Part shown: positions 40,159-49,618 of the stretch, in pieces
How the letters are laid out: every line of letters starts with the position of its first letter
How positions within the stretch are numbered: position 1 is the first letter of the stretch
NCBI GenBank assembly: GCA_965215305.1
Contig: OZ244041.1
Location: 1,257,689-1,321,688 of the forward strand
Reading direction: 5' to 3'
DNA: 64,000 nt
Origin: Alphaproteobacteria bacterium
GTDB taxonomy: Bacteria; Pseudomonadota; Alphaproteobacteria; Bin95
Position numbers and translations under genes: made by a program
The notes under the pieces: model-generated
What the model saw: the letters and a program-made list of their open reading frames with translations, nothing else
Databases searched by the model: none
What the model was told of the DNA's origin: nothing

Positions 40159-40191
40159 CACCGGTCCCCGAAACCCGTTAGCCTCGCGCTC

Positions 40192-41022
40192 ATGCCCGAA
40201 CTGCCGGAAGTGGAGACGGTGATGCGGGGGCTCGCGGGGGCGCTTGCGGGCCGGCGGCTGCAGCGCGTCGAGCAGCGCCGGGCGGACCTGCGCTTTCCTC
40301 TGCCGGAGCGCTTCGCGGCGCGGCTGCAAGGGCGGCGCATCCAGGGGTTCGAGCGGCGCGCGAAATATATCCTGGCGGCGCTGGACGACGGCGCGACATG
40401 GCTCTCCCATCTCGGCATGTCGGGGCGGATGATGCTGGGCAAGGGCCCCGTGCCGGAGCCGGGCCGCCACGACCACCTGATCTTCGAGACCGATGACGGG
40501 CAGCACCTCATTTACCGCGATGCGCGGCGCTTCGGCTTCATGGACCTGATCGCACCCGGCGCACTGGAGGACCATCCCCGCCTCGCCGGCCTCGGGATCG
40601 AGCCGCTCGGGCCGGAACTGACAGGCCGTCGTCTGCGCGCGCTGTTCGCCGGCCGGCGCGCGCCGCTCAAGGCCGCCCTGCTCGACCAGCGGCGCGTCGC
40701 CGGGCTCGGCAACATCTATATCTGCGAGGCGCTGAACCGCGCGCGGCTCGACCCCGACCGCCCGTCCGGCGGCCTCTCGGCGGCGGAGGCGCGCGCACTC
40801 GCCGGCGCCGTGCGGCAAACGCTGGAAGAGGCCGTGGCGGCCGGCGGCTCCTCGCTGCGCGACTATGTGCAGGCGTCGGGCGAGCTCGGCTATTTCCAGC
40901 ACAGCTGGCGGGTTTACGGACGCGAGGGCAACCTCTGCCCCTGCGGGCGCAAGGGCGCCGTCGTCCGGCGGCGCGTGCAGTCGGGCCGGTCCACCTTCTA
41001 CTGCCCGGTCTGCCAGAAATAG
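40192..41022 (+). CDS. mutM: formamidopyrimidine-DNA glycosylase
   Basis: MPELPEVETV N-terminus. C-terminal zinc finger CPCGRKGAVVRRRVQSGRSTFYCPVCQK. Confidence 0.95.
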   Translation: MPELPEVETVMRGLAGALAGRRLQRVEQRRADLRFPLPERFAARLQGRRIQGFERRAKYILAALDDGATWLSHLGMSGRMMLGKGPVPEPGRHDHLIFETDDGQHLIYRDARRFGFMDLIAPGALEDHPRLAGLGIEPLGPELTGRRLRALFAGRRAPLKAALLDQRRVAGLGNIYICEALNRARLDPDRPSGGLSAAEARALAGAVRQTLEEAVAAGGSSLRDYVQASGELGYFQHSWRVYGREGNLCPCGRKGAVVRRRVQSGRSTFYCPVCQK

Positions 41023-41041
41023 CCGGTCGGACCCGAGGCCC

Positions 41042-43438
41042 GTGACTGCTCTTCCCGCGCACGCCTCGGTCGTCGTCATCGGCGGCGGCGTCATGGGCTG
41101 CTCCACGCTCTACCATCTCGCGGCGATGGGCGCGGGCGACGCCATTCTGCTGGAGCGGGACAGGATTGCCTCCGGCACGACCTGGCATTCGGCGGCGCAG
41201 GTGCGCGCGCTTCGCCATTCGCACAACCTCACCCGCATGATCCGCTATTCCATAGATCTCTATTCGCGGCTGGAGCGCGAAACCGGCCAGAGCACGGGCT
41301 GGATCGGCAAGGGGTCGCTGTCCATCGCCACGACGCCCGACCGGCTGGTCCATATCCGCCGCCAGGAGGCGCTCGCCCATGCCTTCGGCGTCGAGGCGGC
41401 ATCGATAAGCCCCGGCGAGGCGAAGGAACGCTGGCCGCTGATGAATGCGGAGGACGTGCTGGGCGCGGTCTGGTCCCCCGGCGACGGCCGCGTCGGCCCT
41501 TCCGATGTCTCGGCGGCGCTTGTCAGGGCGGCCAGGGCACAGGGCGCCCGGCTGTTCGAGCATGTGCGCGTGACCGGCATCCTGACCGAAAACGGGCGGA
41601 TACGCGGCGTCGAGACGAGCGCAGGCACCGTGATGTGCGACGCGGTGGCGGTTTGCGCGGGCCTCTGGTCGCGCGAGGTCGCCGCCATGGCCGGCGCGCG
41701 GGCGCCGCTGCTCGCCTGCGAGCATTTTTACCTGCTGACAGGGCCGGTGGAGGGCATGGACGGCAATATGCCCACCCTCTCCGACCATGACGGCCGGCTC
41801 TATATCCGCGACGACAGCGGCGGCCTGCTGATCGGCTGTTTCGAGCCGACGGGCAAGCCGATACCGCCCGGCGCGCTCGGCGAGGATTTCGCCTTCGGCC
41901 TGTTGCCCGAGGATTGGGACCATTTCGAGCCGATGATGGTGAATGCGCTGCACCGCCTGCCGGTCCTGGAAACGGCCGAGGCGCGGATGCTGCTCAACGG
42001 GCCGGAGAGCTTCACGCCGGACGGCATGTTCATGCTGGGCGAAACCGCGGAGACGCGAGGCCTCTTCCTCGGCTGCGGCATGAACTCGGTCGGCGTCGCC
42101 TCGGCCGGCGGCGCAGGCATGAACCTCGCCCATTGCATCCTCCGCGGCCATACCGCCTACGACCTCTCGGAAGCCGACGCCATGCGCTTCGCGCCGGTCT
42201 TCGACAGGGTCGAGCACCTCATGGCCCGCGCGCCGGAAATCCTCGGCACGCATTACGAGATCGCCTATCCGGGCCGCCAATTGACGACGGCGCGGGACCT
42301 GCGCCGCCTGCCCCTCGACACGGAGCACCGCGCCGCCGGGGCGCATATGGGGCAGTTCTACGGCTGGGAACGACCGCTCTGGTTCGGCAAGAGGGCCGAA
42401 CCCGTGCTGCGCTTCGACCGGCCGGACTGGTTCGAGGCGGTGCGGGCCGAGGCGGCGGCCGCCCATGAGCGGGCCGCGGTCTTCGATCTCAGCCCCTTCG
42501 GCAAGATCGAGGTCGAGGGCTCCGAAGCGGAGGCTTTCCTCCAGCATATGTGCGCCTCCGACATGGCCAGGAAGCCGGGCGCGGCGATCTACACGGCGGT
42601 CCTCAATGAGCGCGGCACCTATGAGAGCGACCTTACCGCGCTGCGCCTCGCCGTCGACCGCTACCGGCTCTACACCGGCGCGTCCGCGATCCAGCGCGAC
42701 CTCGCCCGGTTCCGCCGCCATGCCGAAGGCTTCGATGTCGCGCTCCGCGACGTGACGGAGGATCATGCGGTTCTCGGCCTGATGGGCCCCGGCAGCGCCC
42801 GCATCGCAGAGGCGTTGGGCGCGCCGGAGCTCAACAGCCTCGGCTATTTCAGGCACAAGCGCGCTCAGCTTGCCGGGCGGCGGGCGCGGGCCGCGCGCCT
42901 CTCCTATGTCGGCGAGGCGGGATGGGAGCTGACCTGCCGGGCCGCGGACGCCGCCGCCCTCTACGCCGCGCTCAAGGCGGCGGGCGCCGCCCCGGCCGGC
43001 CTCCACGCACAGACCTCCATGCGGATCGAGAAGGGCTTCGCCGCGATGGGCCACGAACTCGACGGGGATATCGGCCCGGTCGAGGCGGGGCTGGACCGGC
43101 TGTGTTCGCGGCAGAAGGACTTTATCGGCTCGGTCGCGCTCGCCGCGCGCCGCAAGACCGGCCGGCGCACCCTGGCGACAATCGTGCTCGACGATCCGGC
43201 AGCCGAACCGCTTGGCCATGAGCCGGTGCTCTTCGGCGGGCGCATCGCGGGCCGGACGACCTCGGCGGCCTTCGGCTACCGTATCGGCCGCCCTCTGGCG
43301 CTCGCCCATGTCGCCGAGGTTCCGGACGGCGCGGCCGTCGAGATCGACATTGCCGGCGCCCGCCATGCCGGCCGTCTCCGCTTCGCCCCCGCCTTCGACC
43401 CCGAAGGCTGCCGGATGCGCGCCGGCGCGCTGTCGTAA
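41042..43438 (+). CDS. dimethylglycine/sarcosine dehydrogenase-family protein (FAD oxidoreductase + GcvT aminomethyltransferase domains)
   Basis: 798 aa from GTG. VVVIGGGVMGCSTLYHLA FAD motif. C-terminal GcvT-like fold. Confidence 0.85.
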   Translation: MTALPAHASVVVIGGGVMGCSTLYHLAAMGAGDAILLERDRIASGTTWHSAAQVRALRHSHNLTRMIRYSIDLYSRLERETGQSTGWIGKGSLSIATTPDRLVHIRRQEALAHAFGVEAASISPGEAKERWPLMNAEDVLGAVWSPGDGRVGPSDVSAALVRAARAQGARLFEHVRVTGILTENGRIRGVETSAGTVMCDAVAVCAGLWSREVAAMAGARAPLLACEHFYLLTGPVEGMDGNMPTLSDHDGRLYIRDDSGGLLIGCFEPTGKPIPPGALGEDFAFGLLPEDWDHFEPMMVNALHRLPVLETAEARMLLNGPESFTPDGMFMLGETAETRGLFLGCGMNSVGVASAGGAGMNLAHCILRGHTAYDLSEADAMRFAPVFDRVEHLMARAPEILGTHYEIAYPGRQLTTARDLRRLPLDTEHRAAGAHMGQFYGWERPLWFGKRAEPVLRFDRPDWFEAVRAEAAAAHERAAVFDLSPFGKIEVEGSEAEAFLQHMCASDMARKPGAAIYTAVLNERGTYESDLTALRLAVDRYRLYTGASAIQRDLARFRRHAEGFDVALRDVTEDHAVLGLMGPGSARIAEALGAPELNSLGYFRHKRAQLAGRRARAARLSYVGEAGWELTCRAADAAALYAALKAAGAAPAGLHAQTSMRIEKGFAAMGHELDGDIGPVEAGLDRLCSRQKDFIGSVALAARRKTGRRTLATIVLDDPAAEPLGHEPVLFGGRIAGRTTSAAFGYRIGRPLALAHVAEVPDGAAVEIDIAGARHAGRLRFAPAFDPEGCRMRAGALS

Positions 43439-43473
43439 ATCCGGCGGAGGACGTCAACAGGACACGGGAATGA

Positions 43474-43493
43474 GGATGACGGGCGCGTCATCC
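43474..43493. terminator. perfect 8-bp palindrome (GGATGACG-GGCG-CGTCATCC) between convergent genes
   Basis: Seen in sequence. No adjacent U-tract, so its role is uncertain. Confidence 0.3.
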
Positions 43494-43534
43494 CGTCTCC
43501 GCCCGGAGCAGGGGCGGAAGCAGCGCCGTTCATG

Positions 43535-46500
43535 TCAATCGGTCTGGCGCAGCGTGCGGATTTCGCCCATGGCCACGGAGAGCATGGTGAAGTCCGTCTG
43601 CCCGGCATTCATCAGGTCGCCTACGATCTGCCGGCAGCGGGCCACGGGGATGCGGTTCCGCCTGAGCCAGGCGTCCACGCGCCCGGCCGGATCCGCCCCG
43701 CCGGCATCCAGCCTGAGCGTGTCCAGGGTGAGCGCGCTCAACTGCGCATACAGGTCGTCGCGCAAGGCGGCGCGGGACAGCGCCTGCCAGCGATTGTCGC
43801 GCGGCAGCGCCGCGATCCGGTCCCGGAGCCAGTGGAGGTCCAGCTTTTCGCCGAGCTCGAAATAGACCGACGCCGCCGTCGCGACCGGAATCTCCGCGCT
43901 CGCCGCAACCTCGACGACAGGCAGCGCCGAGACGAGGTCCTCGCAGAGCGCCACTTCCAGCGCCAGGCTCTCCGGAGCCTCCCGCTCGACGAAACGCGCC
44001 GCCGCCTCGTCGATGACGCTGCGGCTCGAAGCCGAAACAAGCTCCCGCAAGTCCTGCCGGAGCGCCGCCACGCCGGCCGCGAAATAGGTTATGTCGCGCT
44101 CGATATCGAGAGGCCGCGGCCGGTTCCTGAGCAGCCAGCGCGCGGCCCGCTCGACCAGCTTCCGCGTCTCCTGCAGCATCGAAATCTGCGTATCCGCCGC
44201 CACCCGGCCGTCCAGCGCCTCGATCTCTTCCCAGGTGCTGCGCATGCCGTAAATCTCGCGCGCGGCGAGATAGGCCCGGGCGATATCGGCGTCGTCCGCC
44301 CCCGTTTCCTCTCCGAGCCGGAATGCGAAGGTCATGCCGCAGCGGTTCGCCATTTCATTCGCGACCTGCGTGCTGACGATTTCGCGCGCGAGATGGTGGG
44401 AGGGCATAAGGCCCTCGAAGCGCTCGCGGAGCGCGGACGGGAAATAGCCCCTGAGCTCCTCCGCGGCGAAAGGCTCGTCCGGCAGGTCCGACGTCAGCAG
44501 GCGCTGGAACAGGCCGAGCTTCACATAGGCGAGCAGGACGGCGAGCTCCGGAGTGAAGAGCCGCCCCTTCGCCGCCAGGCGCTCGGCCATCTCCTCGGCC
44601 CCCGGCAGGAACTCGATCTCGCGGTCGAGCGCGCCGTCCCGCTCCAGCCGGCGGATCAGCCGCGCATGGACTTCCAGCATCGAGGCCGCCTGGCTGGCCG
44701 CCACGCTCAGGGCCTGGGTCTGGAGATAATTGCCGCGCAGCACCAGCGCCGCCACATCGCCGGTCATCTCCTCCAGCAGGCGGTTGCGCTGCTTGCCGGT
44801 CATGTCGCCGGCGGCCACCGCCTCGTTCAGCAGCACCTTGATATTGACCTCGTGGTCCGAGCAATCGACGCCGCCGGAATTGTCGATGGCGTCGGTGTTC
44901 ACGCGCCCGCCCTTCGCCGCATATTCGATGCGCCCGAGCTGGGTGAAGCCGAGATTGCCGCCCTCGCCGACGACCCGGCAGCGCAGGTCCCCGCCATTGA
45001 CACGCACGGCGTCATTGGCCCGGTCGCCGACATCGGCATGGCTTTCGCGCCGCGCCTTGACATAGGTGCCGATGCCGCCGTTCCAGAGCAGGTCCACCGG
45101 CGCCTTGAGGATGAGGGCGATCAGCTCGTTCGGGGTCGGGGCCTCGGCGTCGGCGCCAAGCGCTGCGCGCGCCTCCGCGCTGAGCGGGACGGACTTGGCG
45201 CTTCTGGGGAAGATGCCGCCGCCGGCCGACAGCACCGAGCGGTCGAAATCGTCCCATGTCGTACGCGGCAGCGCGAAGAGGCGCTGGCGCTCGGCGAAGG
45301 CGGCTTCGGCGTCCGGGTTCGGGTCGATGAAGATGTGCATGTGGTTGAATGCGGCTACGAGCCGGATATGCCGGGAGAGCAGCATCGCATTGCCGAACAC
45401 GTCACCGCCCATGTCGCCGATGCCGACCGCGGTGAAATCTGTCGTCTGGCAATCGATGCCGAGTTCCCGGAAATGGCGCTTGACCGATTCCCAGCCGCCG
45501 CGCGCGGTGATGCCCATGCCCTTGTGGTCGTAGCCTTGCGAACCGCCGGAGGCGAAGGCGTCTCCGAGCCAGAAGTCGTATTCCCCGGCCACGTCGTTCG
45601 CAATGTCGGAAAAGGCTGCCGTGCCCTTGTCGGCCGCCACCACCAGATAGGGGTCGTCCCCGTCATGGCGCACGACCCCGGCAGGCGGGACCACCCGGCC
45701 GCCGACAAGGTTGTCGGTAATGTCCAGCATCCCGCGGATAAAGGTCCGGTAGCAGGCGATCCCTTCCTCCTGGACCGCCTCGCGGCCCGCCGCAACCGGC
45801 AGTTTCTTGGGAAAGAAGCCACCCTTCGAGCCGACGGGCACGATCACCGCGTTCTTCACCATCTGCGCCTTGGCGAGCCCCAGCACCTCGGTCCGGAAAT
45901 CCTCGCGCCGATCCGACCAGCGTATGCCGCCGCGCGCCACGGCGCCGCCGCGCAGATGCACGGCCTCGACGCGCGGCGAATAGACGAAAATCTCGTATTG
46001 CGGCCGCGGCTCCGGCAGTTCGGGAATCCGTTGCGGGTCGAGCTTGAACGAGAGATAGGACCTGGGGGCGCCGTCGGCGGCGGGCTGGAAGTAATTCGTG
46101 CGCAGCATGGCCCCGATCACGCCCAGATAGCTGCGCAGGATCCGGTCCTCGTCCAGATTCGCCACCTGTTCGAGCGCCGCCTCGATGCGGGCCTGGACCT
46201 CGAGCGCGGCGTCGAGCCGCGCCACCGCCTCCCCGTTCTGCCGGTCGGGGTCCAGGCGGACCGCGAACAGCTCCGCCAGCATGCCCGCGATCGCGGGATT
46301 GGCGGCGAGCGCGTCCTGGATATAGGCCTCGCTGAACGCGGTTCCGGCCTGGCGCAGATATTTGCAACAGGCGCGCAGGATGACGATCTCGCGCCAGCCG
46401 AGCCCCGCCCTCAGCACGAGCCGGTTGAACCCGTCATTCTCGACCTCTCCCGACCAGATGCGGGCGAAGGCCTCCCGGAATATCCCCTCGATGCGGTCCG

Positions 46501-48325
46501 GGTCGAAATCCGGGCCTTCGCCATGCAGTAGGCCGAAATCGTGCAGCCATACCCTGGGTGCGCCGGTCCGCTTGATCTTGCTGGGATGCTCGTCCTCGAC
46601 CTTGAGGCCCATATTCTCCAGCATCGGCAGCACGTCGGACAGCGCAACCGGCTTCCGCCCGAGCTGGAAGAGCTTGAAGCGCAGCCGCTCCTCGCCGGCT
46701 TCGAGCGGGCGATAGAGACTCATCTCGATGCCGGTCTCCCGGATGCGCTCCATCTTCTCGACATCGAGCACGGCGATGCGGGCGGAATAGGCCTCGCGAT
46801 AATCCGCGCGGAAGGCCTCTCCGTAGCGCCGGAACAGGCTCGTCCCCCGCTCTTCGCCAAAATGGTCGAGCAGCGCGTCGCGCAGCTCGTCGCTCCATGT
46901 GCGGCTGACGGTGCGCAGCCGTCGTTCGAGGTCCGCGAGGTCGTAATCGGCCCTGCGCTCCTCATCGACGCGCATGACGAAGAAGAGGCGCGCCAGCACG
47001 GATTCCGACAGGCGCACGGTGAACTCGGTGTCCGTTGCGCCGAAGGCCTCCTCCAATATCCCCTGGACGACCAGCCGGCTCCTCGTGTTGTAGCGGTCCC
47101 TCGGCACGAACACGATGAAGGAGACGAAGCGCCCGGACCGGTCCGGATGGACGAACAGGCGGATGCGTTGCCGTTCTTGGAGGTGCAGGATCCCGGTCGC
47201 GGTCTCATACAGCTCCTCGACCGGAATCTGGAACAGCAGCTCGCGCGGGAAGGTATCGACGATGTTCTGCAGCGCCTTGGCGACATGGCTGCCCGGCGGA
47301 TAGCCGGCGCGGCGCTGCAATGCGGCCGCCTTCCGCCGCAACAGGGGGATGTCGTGCGGCGCGCGGCTGAACGCCTCGGAGGTATAGAGGCCGAGGAAGC
47401 GGTGCTCCCCTACGACAGTGCCGCCGGCGTCGAACCGCCTGACGGTGATGCAATCCGGATGGCTCGGCCGGTGGACCCGCGAGCGCTCGTCGGCGCGCGA
47501 AATCGACAGCAGTTCCGCATGCGCGTCCGGGGCAGGTCCGCCCTTGCCGCGCAGCAGGCCGAGCCCGGCTTCTGCCTCCGGCGCGGCGCCGTCCGCGCCC
47601 GAGGCGCTGTAGCCGAGGAAGGTGAAATGGTTGTCCTCTATCCATTCGAGGAAGGCCTTCGCCTCATCCCGCTCCTCGCCGCCCACCGAAGGCGGCAGCG
47701 CGTCGACCTCCTCGATGGCGAGGCGCATCCGCGCGCGCATCGCGCCCCAGTCCTCCACCGCGGCGCGCACATCGCCCAGCACGACATGCATCTCGGCCGC
47801 CACCGCATCGAGCACGTCCCGCTCTGTCTGGCGGTCGGTCTCGATATGGATGGCCGCCTCGATGCCGGCCCCCGTGTCGCCCGTTTCCTCGATCGGGAGC
47901 ATCGCCTCGATGCGGCCGTCCTCGTCCCGGCGGACTCCCAGGACCGGATGGATGACGATGTGGCTGGTATAGCCGCGCGCGTTCAGCACCATGCGCACGG
48001 AATCGACCAGGAACGGCATGTCGTCGGTGACGATCTCCACGATGGTGTGGGTAGATTGCCAGCCATGCTGTTCGATTTCCGGGTTGTAGACGCGGACCTT
48101 GGCTTCGCCGGGCGTGCGCCGGCGGGCGAGGTTGAAATGCGCCGCCGCCGCGCCGTAGAGGTCGTCCGGCCGGCGTTCGGCCAGGTCGTCCAGCGAGACG
48201 CCGGCATAATAGGCGGCGATGAAGGAGAGCGCGGCGTCGAGATCCCTGCCGCCCAGCCGCCCGCGCGCCACGGCGGCAATCTCCTCGAACAGCTCGGTCC
48301 GTTGGGTGTTGGATCGATCCGCCAT
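43535..48325 (-). CDS. NAD-specific glutamate dehydrogenase, large (about 180 kDa) Bac_GDH family
   Basis: 1596 aa from MADRSNTQRTELFEEIAAV. AAGGAGG RBS. Long multi-domain architecture. Confidence 0.9.
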   Translation of the reverse strand: MADRSNTQRTELFEEIAAVARGRLGGRDLDAALSFIAAYYAGVSLDDLAERRPDDLYGAAAAHFNLARRRTPGEAKVRVYNPEIEQHGWQSTHTIVEIVTDDMPFLVDSVRMVLNARGYTSHIVIHPVLGVRRDEDGRIEAMLPIEETGDTGAGIEAAIHIETDRQTERDVLDAVAAEMHVVLGDVRAAVEDWGAMRARMRLAIEEVDALPPSVGGEERDEAKAFLEWIEDNHFTFLGYSASGADGAAPEAEAGLGLLRGKGGPAPDAHAELLSISRADERSRVHRPSHPDCITVRRFDAGGTVVGEHRFLGLYTSEAFSRAPHDIPLLRRKAAALQRRAGYPPGSHVAKALQNIVDTFPRELLFQIPVEELYETATGILHLQERQRIRLFVHPDRSGRFVSFIVFVPRDRYNTRSRLVVQGILEEAFGATDTEFTVRLSESVLARLFFVMRVDEERRADYDLADLERRLRTVSRTWSDELRDALLDHFGEERGTSLFRRYGEAFRADYREAYSARIAVLDVEKMERIRETGIEMSLYRPLEAGEERLRFKLFQLGRKPVALSDVLPMLENMGLKVEDEHPSKIKRTGAPRVWLHDFGLLHGEGPDFDPDRIEGIFREAFARIWSGEVENDGFNRLVLRAGLGWREIVILRACCKYLRQAGTAFSEAYIQDALAANPAIAGMLAELFAVRLDPDRQNGEAVARLDAALEVQARIEAALEQVANLDEDRILRSYLGVIGAMLRTNYFQPAADGAPRSYLSFKLDPQRIPELPEPRPQYEIFVYSPRVEAVHLRGGAVARGGIRWSDRREDFRTEVLGLAKAQMVKNAVIVPVGSKGGFFPKKLPVAAGREAVQEEGIACYRTFIRGMLDITDNLVGGRVVPPAGVVRHDGDDPYLVVAADKGTAAFSDIANDVAGEYDFWLGDAFASGGSQGYDHKGMGITARGGWESVKRHFRELGIDCQTTDFTAVGIGDMGGDVFGNAMLLSRHIRLVAAFNHMHIFIDPNPDAEAAFAERQRLFALPRTTWDDFDRSVLSAGGGIFPRSAKSVPLSAEARAALGADAEAPTPNELIALILKAPVDLLWNGGIGTYVKARRESHADVGDRANDAVRVNGGDLRCRVVGEGGNLGFTQLGRIEYAAKGGRVNTDAIDNSGGVDCSDHEVNIKVLLNEAVAAGDMTGKQRNRLLEEMTGDVAALVLRGNYLQTQALSVAASQAASMLEVHARLIRRLERDGALDREIEFLPGAEEMAERLAAKGRLFTPELAVLLAYVKLGLFQRLLTSDLPDEPFAAEELRGYFPSALRERFEGLMPSHHLAREIVSTQVANEMANRCGMTFAFRLGEETGADDADIARAYLAAREIYGMRSTWEEIEALDGRVAADTQISMLQETRKLVERAARWLLRNRPRPLDIERDITYFAAGVAALRQDLRELVSASSRSVIDEAAARFVEREAPESLALEVALCEDLVSALPVVEVAASAEIPVATAASVYFELGEKLDLHWLRDRIAALPRDNRWQALSRAALRDDLYAQLSALTLDTLRLDAGGADPAGRVDAWLRRNRIPVARCRQIVGDLMNAGQTDFTMLSVAMGEIRTLRQTD

Positions 48326-48456
48326 GGGAGACCTCCTTCGAATCGTCCGGGCCGACCCGCTGTACACGCGGCGGCTTGCCGCAGTATAGGCCAGTCCCGT
48401 CGTCTTTGGGGCGTTGGGGCGACGAGCGGGCGTCATGACCCCGGACGAACGCCCTG

Positions 48457-49452
48457 CTAACGGGGCGCGCAGGCTTCTATGGCGGCCAGGAACGTCTCCT
48501 TCGCGCCGGGGCCGCGGGCGAAGGGGCTGATGATCGGCAGGTCCAGGCCAGAGGCGCGATAGGCGTCGAGCCGCTCCCGGCATGCGTCCGGTTCCCCGGC
48601 GACGCCGGTAGCGGCGATCATGTCGTCGGTGACGGCCCGCTCCGCCGCCGCCCGGTCGCCGGCAGCCCAGGCCCTGGCGACGGCCGCCGCCTCCTGTTCG
48701 AAGCCGCTTTCGGCGATCAGGCGGTTGTAGCGGGGGAAGAAACCCGCATAGAAGGCGAGACCCGGCCGGGCGGCGGCGAAGGCCTTGCGCCGGTCCGCCG
48801 AGACGCTTGTCGGCAGGAGCGAGCTGATCTCGACCTCTGCCGGGTCGCGGCCGGCGCGGCCGGCGCCGGCGGCAATGTGGACGCGCGCCCGCGCCGCCGT
48901 CTCCAGTGTGCCGCGGGTGAGGATCAGGCCGTCCGCGACTTCGCCGCAAAGCGCTGTCATCTTCGGGAAGAGCGCGGAGTGGTAGATCGGGATGTCGGCC
49001 CGGAACGGCCGGAACCAGAGGTCGAAGCGCTCTATGCGGACCGTCTCGCCTTCATGGCCGACCTCGCCGTCGCGGAGCAGCTTGCGCACTACCGCCGTCG
49101 TGTCGCGCACCCGGGCGAGCGGTTTGGCGTAGTCCACCCCGTGCTCGGGCTCGACCTGGACCCTGTGGCTGGAGCCGAGGCCGAGCACGAAGCGGCCGCC
49201 GGAAAGCTCGTCCACCGCAGCAGCGGCCATGGCGATGGTGGGCGCGGTGCGCACGAACACGCTGGTAATGGCGGTGCCGAGGCGCACGCGCTTCGTGCGG
49301 AGCGCGCAGGCGGCCAGAATTGCGAACTGGTCGCCGCCATGTCCCTCCGCGACCCACACCGACTCGTAGCCCAGCGCCTCGGCCCGCTCGGCGCAATCGG
49401 CGATCTCGGTGGCGGTCAACCCGCCCGAAAACGCGATTCCGATGCGTGTCAT
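48457..49452 (-). CDS. LLM-class flavin-dependent oxidoreductase
   Basis: 331 aa from MTRIGIAFSGGLTATEIADCAERAEALGYESVWVAEGHGGD. GGGAGGA RBS. Confidence 0.75.
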   Translation of the reverse strand: MTRIGIAFSGGLTATEIADCAERAEALGYESVWVAEGHGGDQFAILAACALRTKRVRLGTAITSVFVRTAPTIAMAAAAVDELSGGRFVLGLGSSHRVQVEPEHGVDYAKPLARVRDTTAVVRKLLRDGEVGHEGETVRIERFDLWFRPFRADIPIYHSALFPKMTALCGEVADGLILTRGTLETAARARVHIAAGAGRAGRDPAEVEISSLLPTSVSADRRKAFAAARPGLAFYAGFFPRYNRLIAESGFEQEAAAVARAWAAGDRAAAERAVTDDMIAATGVAGEPDACRERLDAYRASGLDLPIISPFARGPGAKETFLAAIEACAPR

Positions 49453-49618
49453 GATGCGGATCCTCCCTGTCTCCCGCGCCGATGTTCGGCCGGGGCCGGG
49501 GGCGGCGCAAGGGTTCGGTTGCGGCCGGGGAAAGCAGGGCGGCATAATCGGGACGCAGACGCCCGCTGCGGGAACGGGCTCCTCTATCCGACGGCAAGGA
49601 TGAAAGGCGCGCAATCCG

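Larger units (their letters stand above)
37976..40191. mobile_element. low-GC 2.2-kb inserted islet between ubiE and mutM carrying ATPase+nuclease pair (no integrase or repeats seen)
   Basis: Local GC is visibly lower (roughly 45-58%) than the flanking genes (about 68%). The flanking ubiE and mutM genes are intact, divergent housekeeping genes. Confidence 0.5.
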
